NCBI GenBank assembly: GCA_001724265.1
Contig: MEDY01000006.1
Location: 62,001-126,000, forward strand
Reading direction: 5' to 3'
From: Rhizaria sp. SCN 62-66
Taxonomy: Eukaryota
DNA length: 64,000 bases
Positions 24,638 through 34,700 of this stretch are shown here, piece after piece; the first letter of the stretch is position 1, and every line of letters starts with the position of its first letter. The translations under genes were made by a program, and so were the position numbers. The notes beneath the pieces were generated by a model. That model ran no database searches and was not told the origin of the DNA. It saw only the letters and a program-made list of their open reading frames with translations.

Positions 24638-27589
24638 ATGTCCTCTTCTAGCCCCCCTGTCGGCCCCCCGGGCGACAAGGGGTCCGCCACCGCGTCCGCG
24701 GCGGCGCCCGACTCCCCTTCCTTGGGGTCCCAGCCCGCGAAGCGGGCCCGCGGCGCGTCTGACGCCGCGACCGACGCCTCCGCGTCCTCAGCTTCGGCCT
24801 CAGCCTCTTCTTCGGCTGCCGACGCCAGCGCCGCAGACGCCGGCGCCTCCGCTGCCTCGGCCTCGGCTGCCGCTGCTGCGGACGACGCGGACGTGTGCCT
24901 TCCGACGCCCACGGCCGAGGAGCTCGCGGTCGCGGCGCGCGTGATGCAGTTCTACACCCGCAGCGACGCGGCCGTCAAGGAGCTCCAGGCGACGAGCACG
25001 CCCTCGGCGCGCTCGCTGCGCAAGAGCGCGATGGCATACATGCAGGCGTTCGAGGCGACGCAGGGCCAGCACTCGGCGGCCGTGGCGCAGCGCCGCGCGC
25101 AGCAGGTCGACGCCCAAATCCGTGAGTCGCGCAAGTCGTCCTTCAAGGCCATGGACAAGCAGCGCCTCGCGAAGGTGCAGCTGCGCGTGATGCGCCAGGA
25201 CGCGCTCAGCAAGCTCATCGAGCCGCAACCCATTGTGGACTTCGTCGCGGACGGGCTGCTCACCAACGCCGGCGAGGCCACCCCCACGCTCACCCACGCG
25301 CCCACCGACGAGCCCAACGCCAACGGTGACGCCAGCGCTGCCGCCACCAATGCTGACGGCAAGAGCAAGGGAACGGTGGTGTCTGACGTGGGCGAGCTGA
25401 CCGGGTGCAAGATCGAGTCGCGTTCTAAGACGCAGAAGAAGAAGATGGGCATGGAGTCTGCGGACGAGCAGACATCGGGCGTGGAGCCCATCCCGCCCGC
25501 GCATTCGATCGGCCAGACGGGCACCGGCTACCGCGCCAGCGAGTCCACCACGGTCCCCACCTTTTCCGCCACGCCGCAGCTCACGCACGCCGGCGCCGGT
25601 GCTGCTAGCGCTAAGAAGGACTCGGGCGCCACTGTCGGCGACGATGACGAAGAGTCTAGTGCGAGTGCGAGAGCGAGCGTGAATGTGAACACGAACAACG
25701 CGACCGCGAATGCGAAGAGCAACAACGGCCGGAACAAGCGCGACAAGGAGATCGAGCGCACGATGCCCGCAAGCATCGCGGCCGCGCTGGCTAATGCCAA
25801 CATTCGCAAGAACCTGCCCAAGGTGGACGATTTGCTCGAGGCCAAGTCGTACTTGGACGACGACGCGCTCAAGGGCGACGCCGACGAGGCCGACTTTACG
25901 TTGCTCAACAAGCCACAGGCGTGTTACGTGTGCAAGCGCAACTTCGTCTTCCTGCATAGCCACTACGACAAGCTGTGTCCGCCGTGCGCGCGCGTGAACT
26001 GGGCCAAACGCAACCAGGTCGCCGACCTGCGCGGCTACACCGCCGTGCTCACGGGCGCGCGCGTCAAGATTGGCTTCGAGTGCGGGCTCAAGCTGCTCCG
26101 CTGCGGCGCACGCGTCATCGCTACGTCGCGTTTTCCACACGACACGGCCAAGCGGTACGCCGAGCTGGAGGACTTCCCCGTGTGGAAGGACAACCTGCAC
26201 GTGCACGGACTCGACATGCGCGACCTCAAGGCCGTCATCGCCTTCACTGAGCTCGTCAAGACGCTCTACGGCCGCGTCGACATCATTGTCAACAACGCCG
26301 CGCAGACGGTGCGCCGCCCGCCTCTGTACTATCGGCACCTGCTCGAGGACGAACTCAAGCCGCGCGACACGCTGCCCGAGCACCTGCGCGACGTCGTCAA
26401 GGAGGACGCGCACTCGTTTTACGCCGGGTTCAAGATGGCCGCGCAGCGCCAGGCCGTCGCCGCCATCACGAACAGCAGCAACAGCAAGTCTAGCTCTGGC
26501 GCCAGTGCTAGTGCGGCGGGCGAGGCGATGACCGACGACAGCGCGTCCCCGTCGTCCGCCACTGTGGAGGACGTCACTGACCATGGTCACAGCCACTCCG
26601 CCGCGCGCGCCAGCGCCAGCGCCGTGCCCGCCGTGGACGCAGTCACCGAGGCCATCGCCGCCGCAGTCACGGGCACGAGTACCACGGGTACCACTGGTGC
26701 CGCGGGCGCCACGCCCGTGGTTGAGGAGGTGTCCGAGTTCGGCACGGCGGCCACGATCGACGCCAGCGTGCTCGAGTCCGTCACGGACGCCATGCTGAGC
26801 GACGGACAGACGCTGCCACCGCTGGCCATGGCCGCGCGCCGCGCCGCAGAGGCCGAGGTCGCGGCCACCGTCGCGAGCGCGGGCGCTAGTTCCGGTGCGG
26901 TGACCGTGAGCACCACGGGCTCCTCCTCGAGCGCGACCGCGAACCAGCAGCTGACGGAGTCGCTCAAGACGACGGACAACAAAGCCGCGCTGCTGTCGCA
27001 GCTGCGCGTGGTCGACGGACAGGACAGCGACGGCGCCGAAATGGCCAAGTTCTTCCCTGTCGGCATCGTCGACGTCACCGGACAGCAAGTCGATTTGCGC
27101 CCCGTCAACTCGTGGATCCTCACGATGTCGGCGGTGGAGCCCGGAGAGCTGGTGGAGACGTTCGCGGTCAACGCGCTGGCGCCGTTCATCATCAACTCGC
27201 GTCTGCTGCCGGTGATGCAGGAAGCCAACCCCTCGAAGCCGCGGTTCGTGATTAACGTGAGCGCAATGGAGGGCAAGTTCTACCGCCACAAGGGTCCGCA
27301 GCACCCACACACCAACATGGCCAAGGCGGCGCTGAACATGATGACGCGCACGTCGGCGCAGGAGTGTGTGCAGCACCAGATCTACATGAACAGCGTCGAC
27401 ACTGGATGGATCAACGACGAGAACCCGTACGAGATCGCCAAGAGGACGGCCGAGGCCACGCAGTTCCACACGCCGATCGACGAGACCGACGCCATGGCGC
27501 GCATTCTCGACCCCATCATCGACGCTGTCAACACTGGTAAGGCCGTGTGGGGCAAGTTCCTTAAGGACTTCCGGTCGACCGAGTGGTGA
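24638..27589 (+). CDS. Atypical short-chain dehydrogenase/reductase with CxxC...CxxC module preceding the Rossmann fold; 983 aa
   Basis: CYVCK...HYDKLCPPCA, then AVLTGARVKIG, ATSRFPHD, DIIVNNAAQT, INVSAMEGKF, HPHTNMAKAALNMMTRT and SVDTGWI. Ends TGA. Confidence 0.88.
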   Translation: MSSSSPPVGPPGDKGSATASAAAPDSPSLGSQPAKRARGASDAATDASASSASASASSSAADASAADAGASAASASAAAAADDADVCLPTPTAEELAVAARVMQFYTRSDAAVKELQATSTPSARSLRKSAMAYMQAFEATQGQHSAAVAQRRAQQVDAQIRESRKSSFKAMDKQRLAKVQLRVMRQDALSKLIEPQPIVDFVADGLLTNAGEATPTLTHAPTDEPNANGDASAAATNADGKSKGTVVSDVGELTGCKIESRSKTQKKKMGMESADEQTSGVEPIPPAHSIGQTGTGYRASESTTVPTFSATPQLTHAGAGAASAKKDSGATVGDDDEESSASARASVNVNTNNATANAKSNNGRNKRDKEIERTMPASIAAALANANIRKNLPKVDDLLEAKSYLDDDALKGDADEADFTLLNKPQACYVCKRNFVFLHSHYDKLCPPCARVNWAKRNQVADLRGYTAVLTGARVKIGFECGLKLLRCGARVIATSRFPHDTAKRYAELEDFPVWKDNLHVHGLDMRDLKAVIAFTELVKTLYGRVDIIVNNAAQTVRRPPLYYRHLLEDELKPRDTLPEHLRDVVKEDAHSFYAGFKMAAQRQAVAAITNSSNSKSSSGASASAAGEAMTDDSASPSSATVEDVTDHGHSHSAARASASAVPAVDAVTEAIAAAVTGTSTTGTTGAAGATPVVEEVSEFGTAATIDASVLESVTDAMLSDGQTLPPLAMAARRAAEAEVAATVASAGASSGAVTVSTTGSSSSATANQQLTESLKTTDNKAALLSQLRVVDGQDSDGAEMAKFFPVGIVDVTGQQVDLRPVNSWILTMSAVEPGELVETFAVNALAPFIINSRLLPVMQEANPSKPRFVINVSAMEGKFYRHKGPQHPHTNMAKAALNMMTRTSAQECVQHQIYMNSVDTGWINDENPYEIAKRTAEATQFHTPIDETDAMARILDPIIDAVNTGKAVWGKFLKDFRSTEW

Positions 27590-28062
27590 GCAAGCGGTGT
27601 GACAAGCGGTCATGTACAAGCTGTTGAGGTTTGGCGAGATACGAAAGGAGGCCCGCCTGATAGCGCAATATTTACAGTATAATACACTACAACTTTCAAA
27701 ATAACAGCGATCAAAAATGTTGTATCTCTGGTTCACTTGGTATTGGTTGTGTGCTGTTGTTTGATAAGTCGTATTTGATGGACAACCCCCATATCTGTGG
27801 CGCCCGATGGCTCGTGAAGGTCTCAATCCTTCGCATCATTAAGCGACGCAATGTTCCGTTATCACGATATATAATAGCGTGCGCGTGAATTGAACTTGAC
27901 TTTTCTTTTTGCTAATTGTACTCGCATTTTTGTAAATTGCTCACAGGTAGCGTATTTGTTGCACTTCGAAATCAACAACCCGATAGCCGTTGGCAGACAA
28001 GATTTTTCTCACAACACAAGCGCTGTGTCGCGCGCACTCGCTACAGTACACCCACGCGTCTC

Positions 28063-31014
28063 ATGGACGACGGGTCGCCGCTTCCTCCTAACTCAGGCGG
28101 TGGTGGTCATGCTCCTGCGGCCCCCTTCCCCTGGTCCCAGCCCATGCAGACTTCCCTCCACGCAGCGACAGTCAACCAATCTTTCCAACCCACCGCTGCC
28201 GCCGCCGCTGCCGCACCTGCACCCCCCGCGCAATCGTTCCTGTCCTCGCCTCCCCGTCCATCGGCATCGGTTTCGCTTACTGGCAGCTCCCCGGCGCGCG
28301 CGAACTCGCTCTCTCGCCGCTCTGGGCTGCGGAGCCGGCCTCCTGCGACGACGCCGATCGACCCAACGCCATTCAAGTACAACACCGCTGTGGAAGCCCA
28401 AACTAATCACGTCGGCAACACTGGCACGAGCGACCCGAACCACGTGCACTACGCTGGGTTCGGCCCGCAACAGCAGCAGCAAATGCCGTCATACTCAAAC
28501 GCAGCTGAATCGAACGCCAGTCATATCTTGAGCTCAGGATTTGGCTTCGCTGCCGCTACCAACGCATCCAGAACGTCTACTACTGCGGCTCACGGCAGCC
28601 CTGGCCCCGGCCCACGGCGGTCACATGCTTCTGGAGGCGGTGCTGGGCCCGGTGCGCGCGCGTATCAAACGAGCGCGATGTTGGCGCTGGCGCGGTCAGG
28701 CGTGCTAGCGAAGACATACTCAACTATCGCCGCGACCACCGCCGCCGCGGCCGCCACTGCAGCCGCCAACAGTGCGTCGGCGAGCTCTGGCATGGGTGTC
28801 ACAGGTTCTGCGGTTTCAGGTTCCAGCAATGCTGGCGAGCGGCGGCAGGCGTACCGACGCAGCCGAAGCCGCAGCCGCAGTCGCACGGACGGCCGCGGGT
28901 TCCGTCGCGGCCACCGTGACCGCGACCGTGGCCATGGCTGTGACGACGATGACGATGACGATGATGGCTGCAGTGCGACCGAGGTTGAGTGCAGTGACGG
29001 CGAGTATGAGCAGAGTGACCGTGTGCGGCGCAGTACGCCCTCACAAAACCCCGTAACTGAGGCTAATGTGAGTGTCTGTGCGAGCGAGCAGATGATGTAT
29101 CAGCAGCACATGCTCCAGCGTCACCGCCCAAGTCCGGCACATCCTCACTTTCCCTTACAGCAGCAGCAGCCCCAACAACAGCAGCAATACGGGCTGCAAC
29201 AGCAGCAAACTGCCGCTGGTGGCTTTATCTGCAGTGCAAGTCAGGGCGGCGGTGAGAGCAGTCGTGTCAACCGGACCAGTAGCAACGTCTCTGTGAGCCT
29301 TGAGTTCCCCACTGTTGGCGGGGCTGGGGCTGGTATGGGCGACGAAGATGGCAATGTCACGAGTCGTGCTAATGCAACAGCGGGCTCCTCCAGGCAGCAA
29401 CAGCAACATCATCCGTCTCAGTACCATCAGCAGCAGCAGCAGCAGTTTAGTGCGAGTCAAGGAAGCTACGGTGACTATCAGAGGCAAGCGTCTCTAGGCC
29501 TGCGTCTGCAAGCGAACGCCTCTGATCCAGTGGCTTTACAACAGCATCATCTCGACGCCACGAATCGGCAACAACAACACGTCAGTACGCTGCCTGATAT
29601 AAGTGTCGAGCCTTCGTCCGCTGACAAGTTCTGGGTTGGCCTTGCCGCGCTTGCCAAGACTCTCGTGTCTCTGCCGCCGCCCGGTGGCCACGGCGCTCTT
29701 GCGGCGCAACAGCGCGGCCAGAGCCAGAGCCAGAGTCAAAGTCAGGCTCGAAGTCAGGGGCAGAGCCGGGAAGCGAGCCAGAGTCCCAGTCCAAGCGCGG
29801 GGCTACTGATGGTCTCCTCTATTCAGGGTAATAATGTGTTCGCGAACAACAGCACGAGCAGTGTCTTCGTGAACAATGCGAGCAATCCCTTTGTTTTCAC
29901 GAACGCAGCCAACTCTACCACAGTGAACAACGGCGGTGGAGCGACCGTGGACGAGGGACCGTGGGCCGGCGCTGCCAACGCGTGGATGACGTCGTCGTCC
30001 CCAATCACGTCGACGCTCGCCGACCTGCATCTCTCGCACACGCTCAACAGCACCAACAACACTCCTGCCATGGGTAGCAGCAACAGCAGCGCTGCGAGTG
30101 TCCCGGCCAGTCTGTTTGCGCGGCTGCCGGTGCCCACGGTCATTCTGTTGCAGCCATCGCTGTTAACGCTGGCCCACGCGCTACGGTGGCGGCTGATGCC
30201 CCTGGACCACACACGCCACCACTCGTGCCTGCTCTATAACCCCAACAACCCCAACGGCAACCCTACCACGAACTCTGGCTTTGCGATGACTAGCAGCGGC
30301 GTGAGTGTCGGTGACGCTACAGCAGGTGGGTGCCCGCCGGTCTCGTGGCTCACGCGTACCGCGGGCTACCCCGTGTGTGCCGCGGCGGCCGGTCTGGTCG
30401 CAGGCGTGCCATCTCTTATCCTCGCGCTGTGTCCCACTACTATGAAGAAGGCGGGGATTGCGCTGTCCGAGGTGATCCTCGCCGTTGACGGCGCTGCGAC
30501 GGTTAATATTGCTGCCGCGCAAGGTGGCGGGGCGATAGATACGGCTATGGGAGCAGCGAGAGTGTCCAAAGGCCTGGTCGCGCAATCTAAGTGCGTCTCG
30601 TCTAAGGGACAGCTGCGCGTGTGGGGGGTTATCCACGGTCCCGGCGTCAGCGTCAACGAGATCGCGGAAGCCAAGCGCGCGCACGCGATGACGGTGCCGC
30701 CCGCACAGGCGCTCGTTGCGGCCGCGGTCGAGGAGGCCAATCAGCAGCAGGCGCCTGTGACGACTGTGGCTGCTGCCGCGGGCGGCGGCGGCGGCGGCGG
30801 TGTGACCGTGAGCACGACTGTGGGCGCGGTCGCGACTGCGGTGACGGCGCCGACGCTGAGCCAGTTCTTTGTGATGATGCGCGCGGTCGAGTCTGTGCCT
30901 GGCGCTGGCGGCGCGTCGGCTGCTAGTGGTGGGTCGGTGGGGATGACGATGGTCAAGGTGACTGGCAAAATGGGAGGGAGCTGGATTGGCCCTGTTGTTG
31001 GTCGCGTGCCTTAA
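28063..31014 (+). CDS. Hypothetical protein, mostly low complexity (A/S/Q-rich, RS patch, acidic run), with a possibly folded C-terminal region; 983 aa
   Basis: Long open frame with GC-rich coding composition flanked by AT-rich spacers. First ATG at 28063. Ends TAA. No family motif recognised. Confidence 0.7.
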   Translation: MDDGSPLPPNSGGGGHAPAAPFPWSQPMQTSLHAATVNQSFQPTAAAAAAAPAPPAQSFLSSPPRPSASVSLTGSSPARANSLSRRSGLRSRPPATTPIDPTPFKYNTAVEAQTNHVGNTGTSDPNHVHYAGFGPQQQQQMPSYSNAAESNASHILSSGFGFAAATNASRTSTTAAHGSPGPGPRRSHASGGGAGPGARAYQTSAMLALARSGVLAKTYSTIAATTAAAAATAAANSASASSGMGVTGSAVSGSSNAGERRQAYRRSRSRSRSRTDGRGFRRGHRDRDRGHGCDDDDDDDDGCSATEVECSDGEYEQSDRVRRSTPSQNPVTEANVSVCASEQMMYQQHMLQRHRPSPAHPHFPLQQQQPQQQQQYGLQQQQTAAGGFICSASQGGGESSRVNRTSSNVSVSLEFPTVGGAGAGMGDEDGNVTSRANATAGSSRQQQQHHPSQYHQQQQQQFSASQGSYGDYQRQASLGLRLQANASDPVALQQHHLDATNRQQQHVSTLPDISVEPSSADKFWVGLAALAKTLVSLPPPGGHGALAAQQRGQSQSQSQSQARSQGQSREASQSPSPSAGLLMVSSIQGNNVFANNSTSSVFVNNASNPFVFTNAANSTTVNNGGGATVDEGPWAGAANAWMTSSSPITSTLADLHLSHTLNSTNNTPAMGSSNSSAASVPASLFARLPVPTVILLQPSLLTLAHALRWRLMPLDHTRHHSCLLYNPNNPNGNPTTNSGFAMTSSGVSVGDATAGGCPPVSWLTRTAGYPVCAAAAGLVAGVPSLILALCPTTMKKAGIALSEVILAVDGAATVNIAAAQGGGAIDTAMGAARVSKGLVAQSKCVSSKGQLRVWGVIHGPGVSVNEIAEAKRAHAMTVPPAQALVAAAVEEANQQQAPVTTVAAAAGGGGGGGVTVSTTVGAVATAVTAPTLSQFFVMMRAVESVPGAGGASAASGGSVGMTMVKVTGKMGGSWIGPVVGRVP

Positions 31015-31711
31015 TGCCAAGATATTGTTGGCAATATGTCCGAATTACGAAGTTGCTCTTGTATCTTTATCTAAATCAATGTTATATATGGACAGTGTGA
31101 TGTGACTGTGATGTGAGCTTAAAGTGGGTAACTTCGTGGAAATTATCACGATACCACTTGGATATCTAGAACCTATACAAGTTTAAATAAACTCTGTAGT
31201 ATTTCAAGCACGTTTATGTCTATTACTTTGTCATCATATCCATACATGCAAGTTTCAAGTCAGTGCATGTTGTTTTAGGTTTTTTCGAGTCGGTGCAGAC
31301 CGAGTCCAATAGGCTTGACTGGCTCCAGGCTGGCGGCTTGATTTCGAACGGCCACAGTCAAGCAACGGGAAAGTGACAGTTTGAGGTCATAGAAGGTCAC
31401 GGATAACTGTACTTCAATTATTATTCAAATATAGTATTTTAAATGTCATGAATAATTCGGGTGTTCATCAACAGCTCTTCAGACGGAAGCTGGAGTTCAA
31501 AAGTATTTGCTTTGTTTGTTAAACGGGCGGTTATCGCAGATGACCTGCACATCTCCATAAGCTGTAACTCAGCCACCCTTAATCAACTCATGACAATTCC
31601 TAATCAAAATATCGCGTATATCCCTACATTTTCCTGCCTGCAGCCTTGTTTTAGACTTCCACTCTCGTATATAGATTCAGTATCAGGGCATTGATCCCTC
31701 TCGACTCCCCT

Positions 31712-34700
31712 ATGTCACACACACCGGCCGCATCTGGCTACGTGCCGTACCCCAAGGCGGCCTCGGCTGCCTCCAAGAAGGCTATGACCACGTCTCAGTC
31801 TTCGGCCGCCGTTGCGTCTATTGCCGCGCGCCCCCCTTCGGGCGCTATCGGCGCTCTTCCTGCGGCGGCCTCCGCTGCCGCATTCCCTTTCGAGCTCAGC
31901 TCCTCAGTCGTGTCTTTCCAAGACTACGCCCCTGAGACGACCTACACGAAGGCCTTCACGGTGCGGAACACGTCTCCATACTCGCAGAACCTGCTTGTGT
32001 TTACCCCGGCATCCACTTCCTTCTCAGTCTTCATCCACCCCTCAGACGCAGCGCCAGCCCCCACCAGCCCTCGCACGGTGGCCTCTCTCGCCAGTGCAAG
32101 CGCAAGCAGCGCCAGCAGCGCCAGCGCCGTCTCTGGTGCCGAGCTGCTCCCTGCGTCAAAACTGGGCCGCGCGGTCACGCTTGCTCCCGGCATTGCGGTG
32201 CGCCTGTCTGTGAAGCTGCATGTCATCCCTTCCCCCGCCGCCGCCGCTGCCGCTGCCGTTGCGTCTGGCAGCTCCAAGAGCAAGGGCGGCAAGTCCGCCG
32301 CTGGCGCGGGCACAGGCGCCGGCTCTGCGTTGTCATCCGCGCTCTCCGTGCTGAGCACGCTGGACACGCCCCCGCTGCCCACGCTCGCTTCCTCGTTCCT
32401 GCTCGCCGTCACCGGCGGCATCTCGGGCGCCTCCGACGCCGCCATCCGTGACTCCGTCTCCGCCGCCGCGGCCGCGCTCGCCACGCACGCGTTGACCCCC
32501 GCCGCGCTCGCTGCGGCCGGCGGGCCCGTGCGCGCGGTGTCGCTGCGCGCGGTGCCGCCCGCGTCGCACATCGTCTTCACCCCCGGACCCGGTCTCACGC
32601 TGCCGCAGCTCAACTCCAACTCTAGTGGCTCGAGCGGTGTCGACGCCGAGGCCGGCGCGCTGCTGCCGCAGGGCGCGGTGTGCGACCTGGGCGCCGTGCT
32701 GGCCCGGCACAAGGGGCTCCTGCGCGTGAACCTCGCGAACCTGGGCGCGCGCCCCGGCCGCTGGGAGCTCGTCGCAGAGCCGCTGCCGCCCACCACCGCG
32801 TCCCGCTCCGTCGCCAGCAGTGCTGCGAATACCGCGAGCAGTGACGTCTCCCGGTTCGTTTCGTTCTCACCCGCGGGCGGTGTGCTGGCTTCGGCCACCG
32901 GCGCCGTGCCCGCCGCCGTCGCCGCGTCCGGTGCCGACGTCATGATGCCCTCCGAGACGAGCGTGACCATCACCTTCTCGCCGCCGGCCGACCTCCCGCC
33001 CGGGCCTTGCCGCGCGCTGCTGCGCCTGATCCAGACGGACGACGAGACCGAGGTTGGGGGCGGGCCCCTCGCGAGTTCGTCGCTCGCGGAGCGCCAGCGC
33101 AGGCTCCGTGCTGAGGCCGCGTCAGACCCGTCCGTCGCCGCCGTCGCCGCTGCCGCTCCGGCAGACACGCTCGTCGCGCTCACGGCGTCGTTCGTGTCGC
33201 AGGCGCTGCAGCTGTACCGGCCGCCCGCCGCGGCCGCCGGCAAGGCGCTGCTGAACAAGACGGGCGCGCACAGCATGGGCTCGACCGGCGCCGCTGCTGG
33301 TAAGGCCAGCGGTGAGAATGCCCCACTGGGCGCGCTGCTGTCTGAGCTTGACTTCGGCGCCGTGATCTTCGGCGAGCAGAAGACGGTGACGACGCTGCTG
33401 CACAATCCTACGGCCGTGGCCGCCAACTTCACCATCCAGGTCGACCACGTGTCGGTGCAGGAGCAGGAGGACGCCGTGCCCGCGGACGAGAGCGCCACCA
33501 CGGCGCTCACACTCAAGACGAAGAACGGCGGCAAGACCTCTCAGTCGAACGCGAGTACCGGCAGTGACAGTGCCAAGTCTAAGGCTGGCGGTCTGTCGCA
33601 GCTCGTTGTCGTCCCGTTCGGTGGTTCTATCCCGCCGTTTTCCTCCCGCGAGGTCACCTTTACGTTCGCGCCCACGGCCCCCGCGTCTCTCCGCAACAGC
33701 GGCAACACCGCGAACAACGCGCTGACGCACATCAGCGCGAACGCCGTGACCGCGCTGGGCGCCGACCTGCACCGGTCCGGCCCCACGGCCGTCTCCACCG
33801 AGGTCTCGGCGACGGCCGTGGTGTCGAGCATCGACGCCTCGGCCAAACTGCGCCTGCCGCTGCGCGCGACGGGCATCGAGCCTGCGCTGTCGCTGGTCCC
33901 GGCCCGCTTCGACTTCGGCGTCTGCCCCGTGCTGGAGCGCCGCGACGTCGCCGCCACGCTGACGAACCCGTCGCCGCACCGCGCACTGGCTTTTTCCTTC
34001 AGCTCCGCGGCGCACTTCGCGGTGCACCCGCGCGAGGGCGTGCTGCAGCCGCGTCAGTCCGTCGGCGTCACGCTGTCGTACACACCGCACAACCTGGGCG
34101 CGCACGCGGGCGAGCTCCCGCTCACCGTCGCCGGCGGGGCGCGCGTGATCCATGTGCCGTTGACCGGCCGCGCCGACGGCTACTCCGCCGCGGAGACCGC
34201 CGCGGCCATCTCCGGCAGCGCGGCCGGCGCCAATGACCGCGCGCAGTCGCCGACCCGCTCGCCGTCTAAGTCGCGCACGCTCGCCGCGGCGGCGCTGTCG
34301 GCGACCACCAATGGCAACTTCGGTGACTTCTCGATGCTGACCACGCGCGCGCCGACGTCCCCCGAGAAAGCCTTCACGGGCACGATCCCGCGGCGGCCCG
34401 TGCCGACCGGCGCCGGCAAGCCCGCCGACGCGGCCCCCGGCCCAGCCGCCGCGGCGCCGCTGGTGCCCGGGCACTTCGCCGAGGCGCCGCGCGGGGAGCC
34501 TATCTCGCGGTCCGCCGCCGCGCTCAAGAAGGAGATGGCGCGCGCGATGAAGCAGATGCGCAAGGCCGACTCCTGGGTCGCCAACGACAACGACGCTGTC
34601 GAGCGGCGTGGTGCCAACGGCTTCAGCAGCGGCGAGGAAGACAATGGCGTACCCGTCGACCGCAGCAGCATCGGCGGCATGTCCGACGACGATGACGACG

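Noticed and set aside
24800-27826. 1008-aa minus-strand ORF
   Set aside because: Antisense shadow of the SDR gene.
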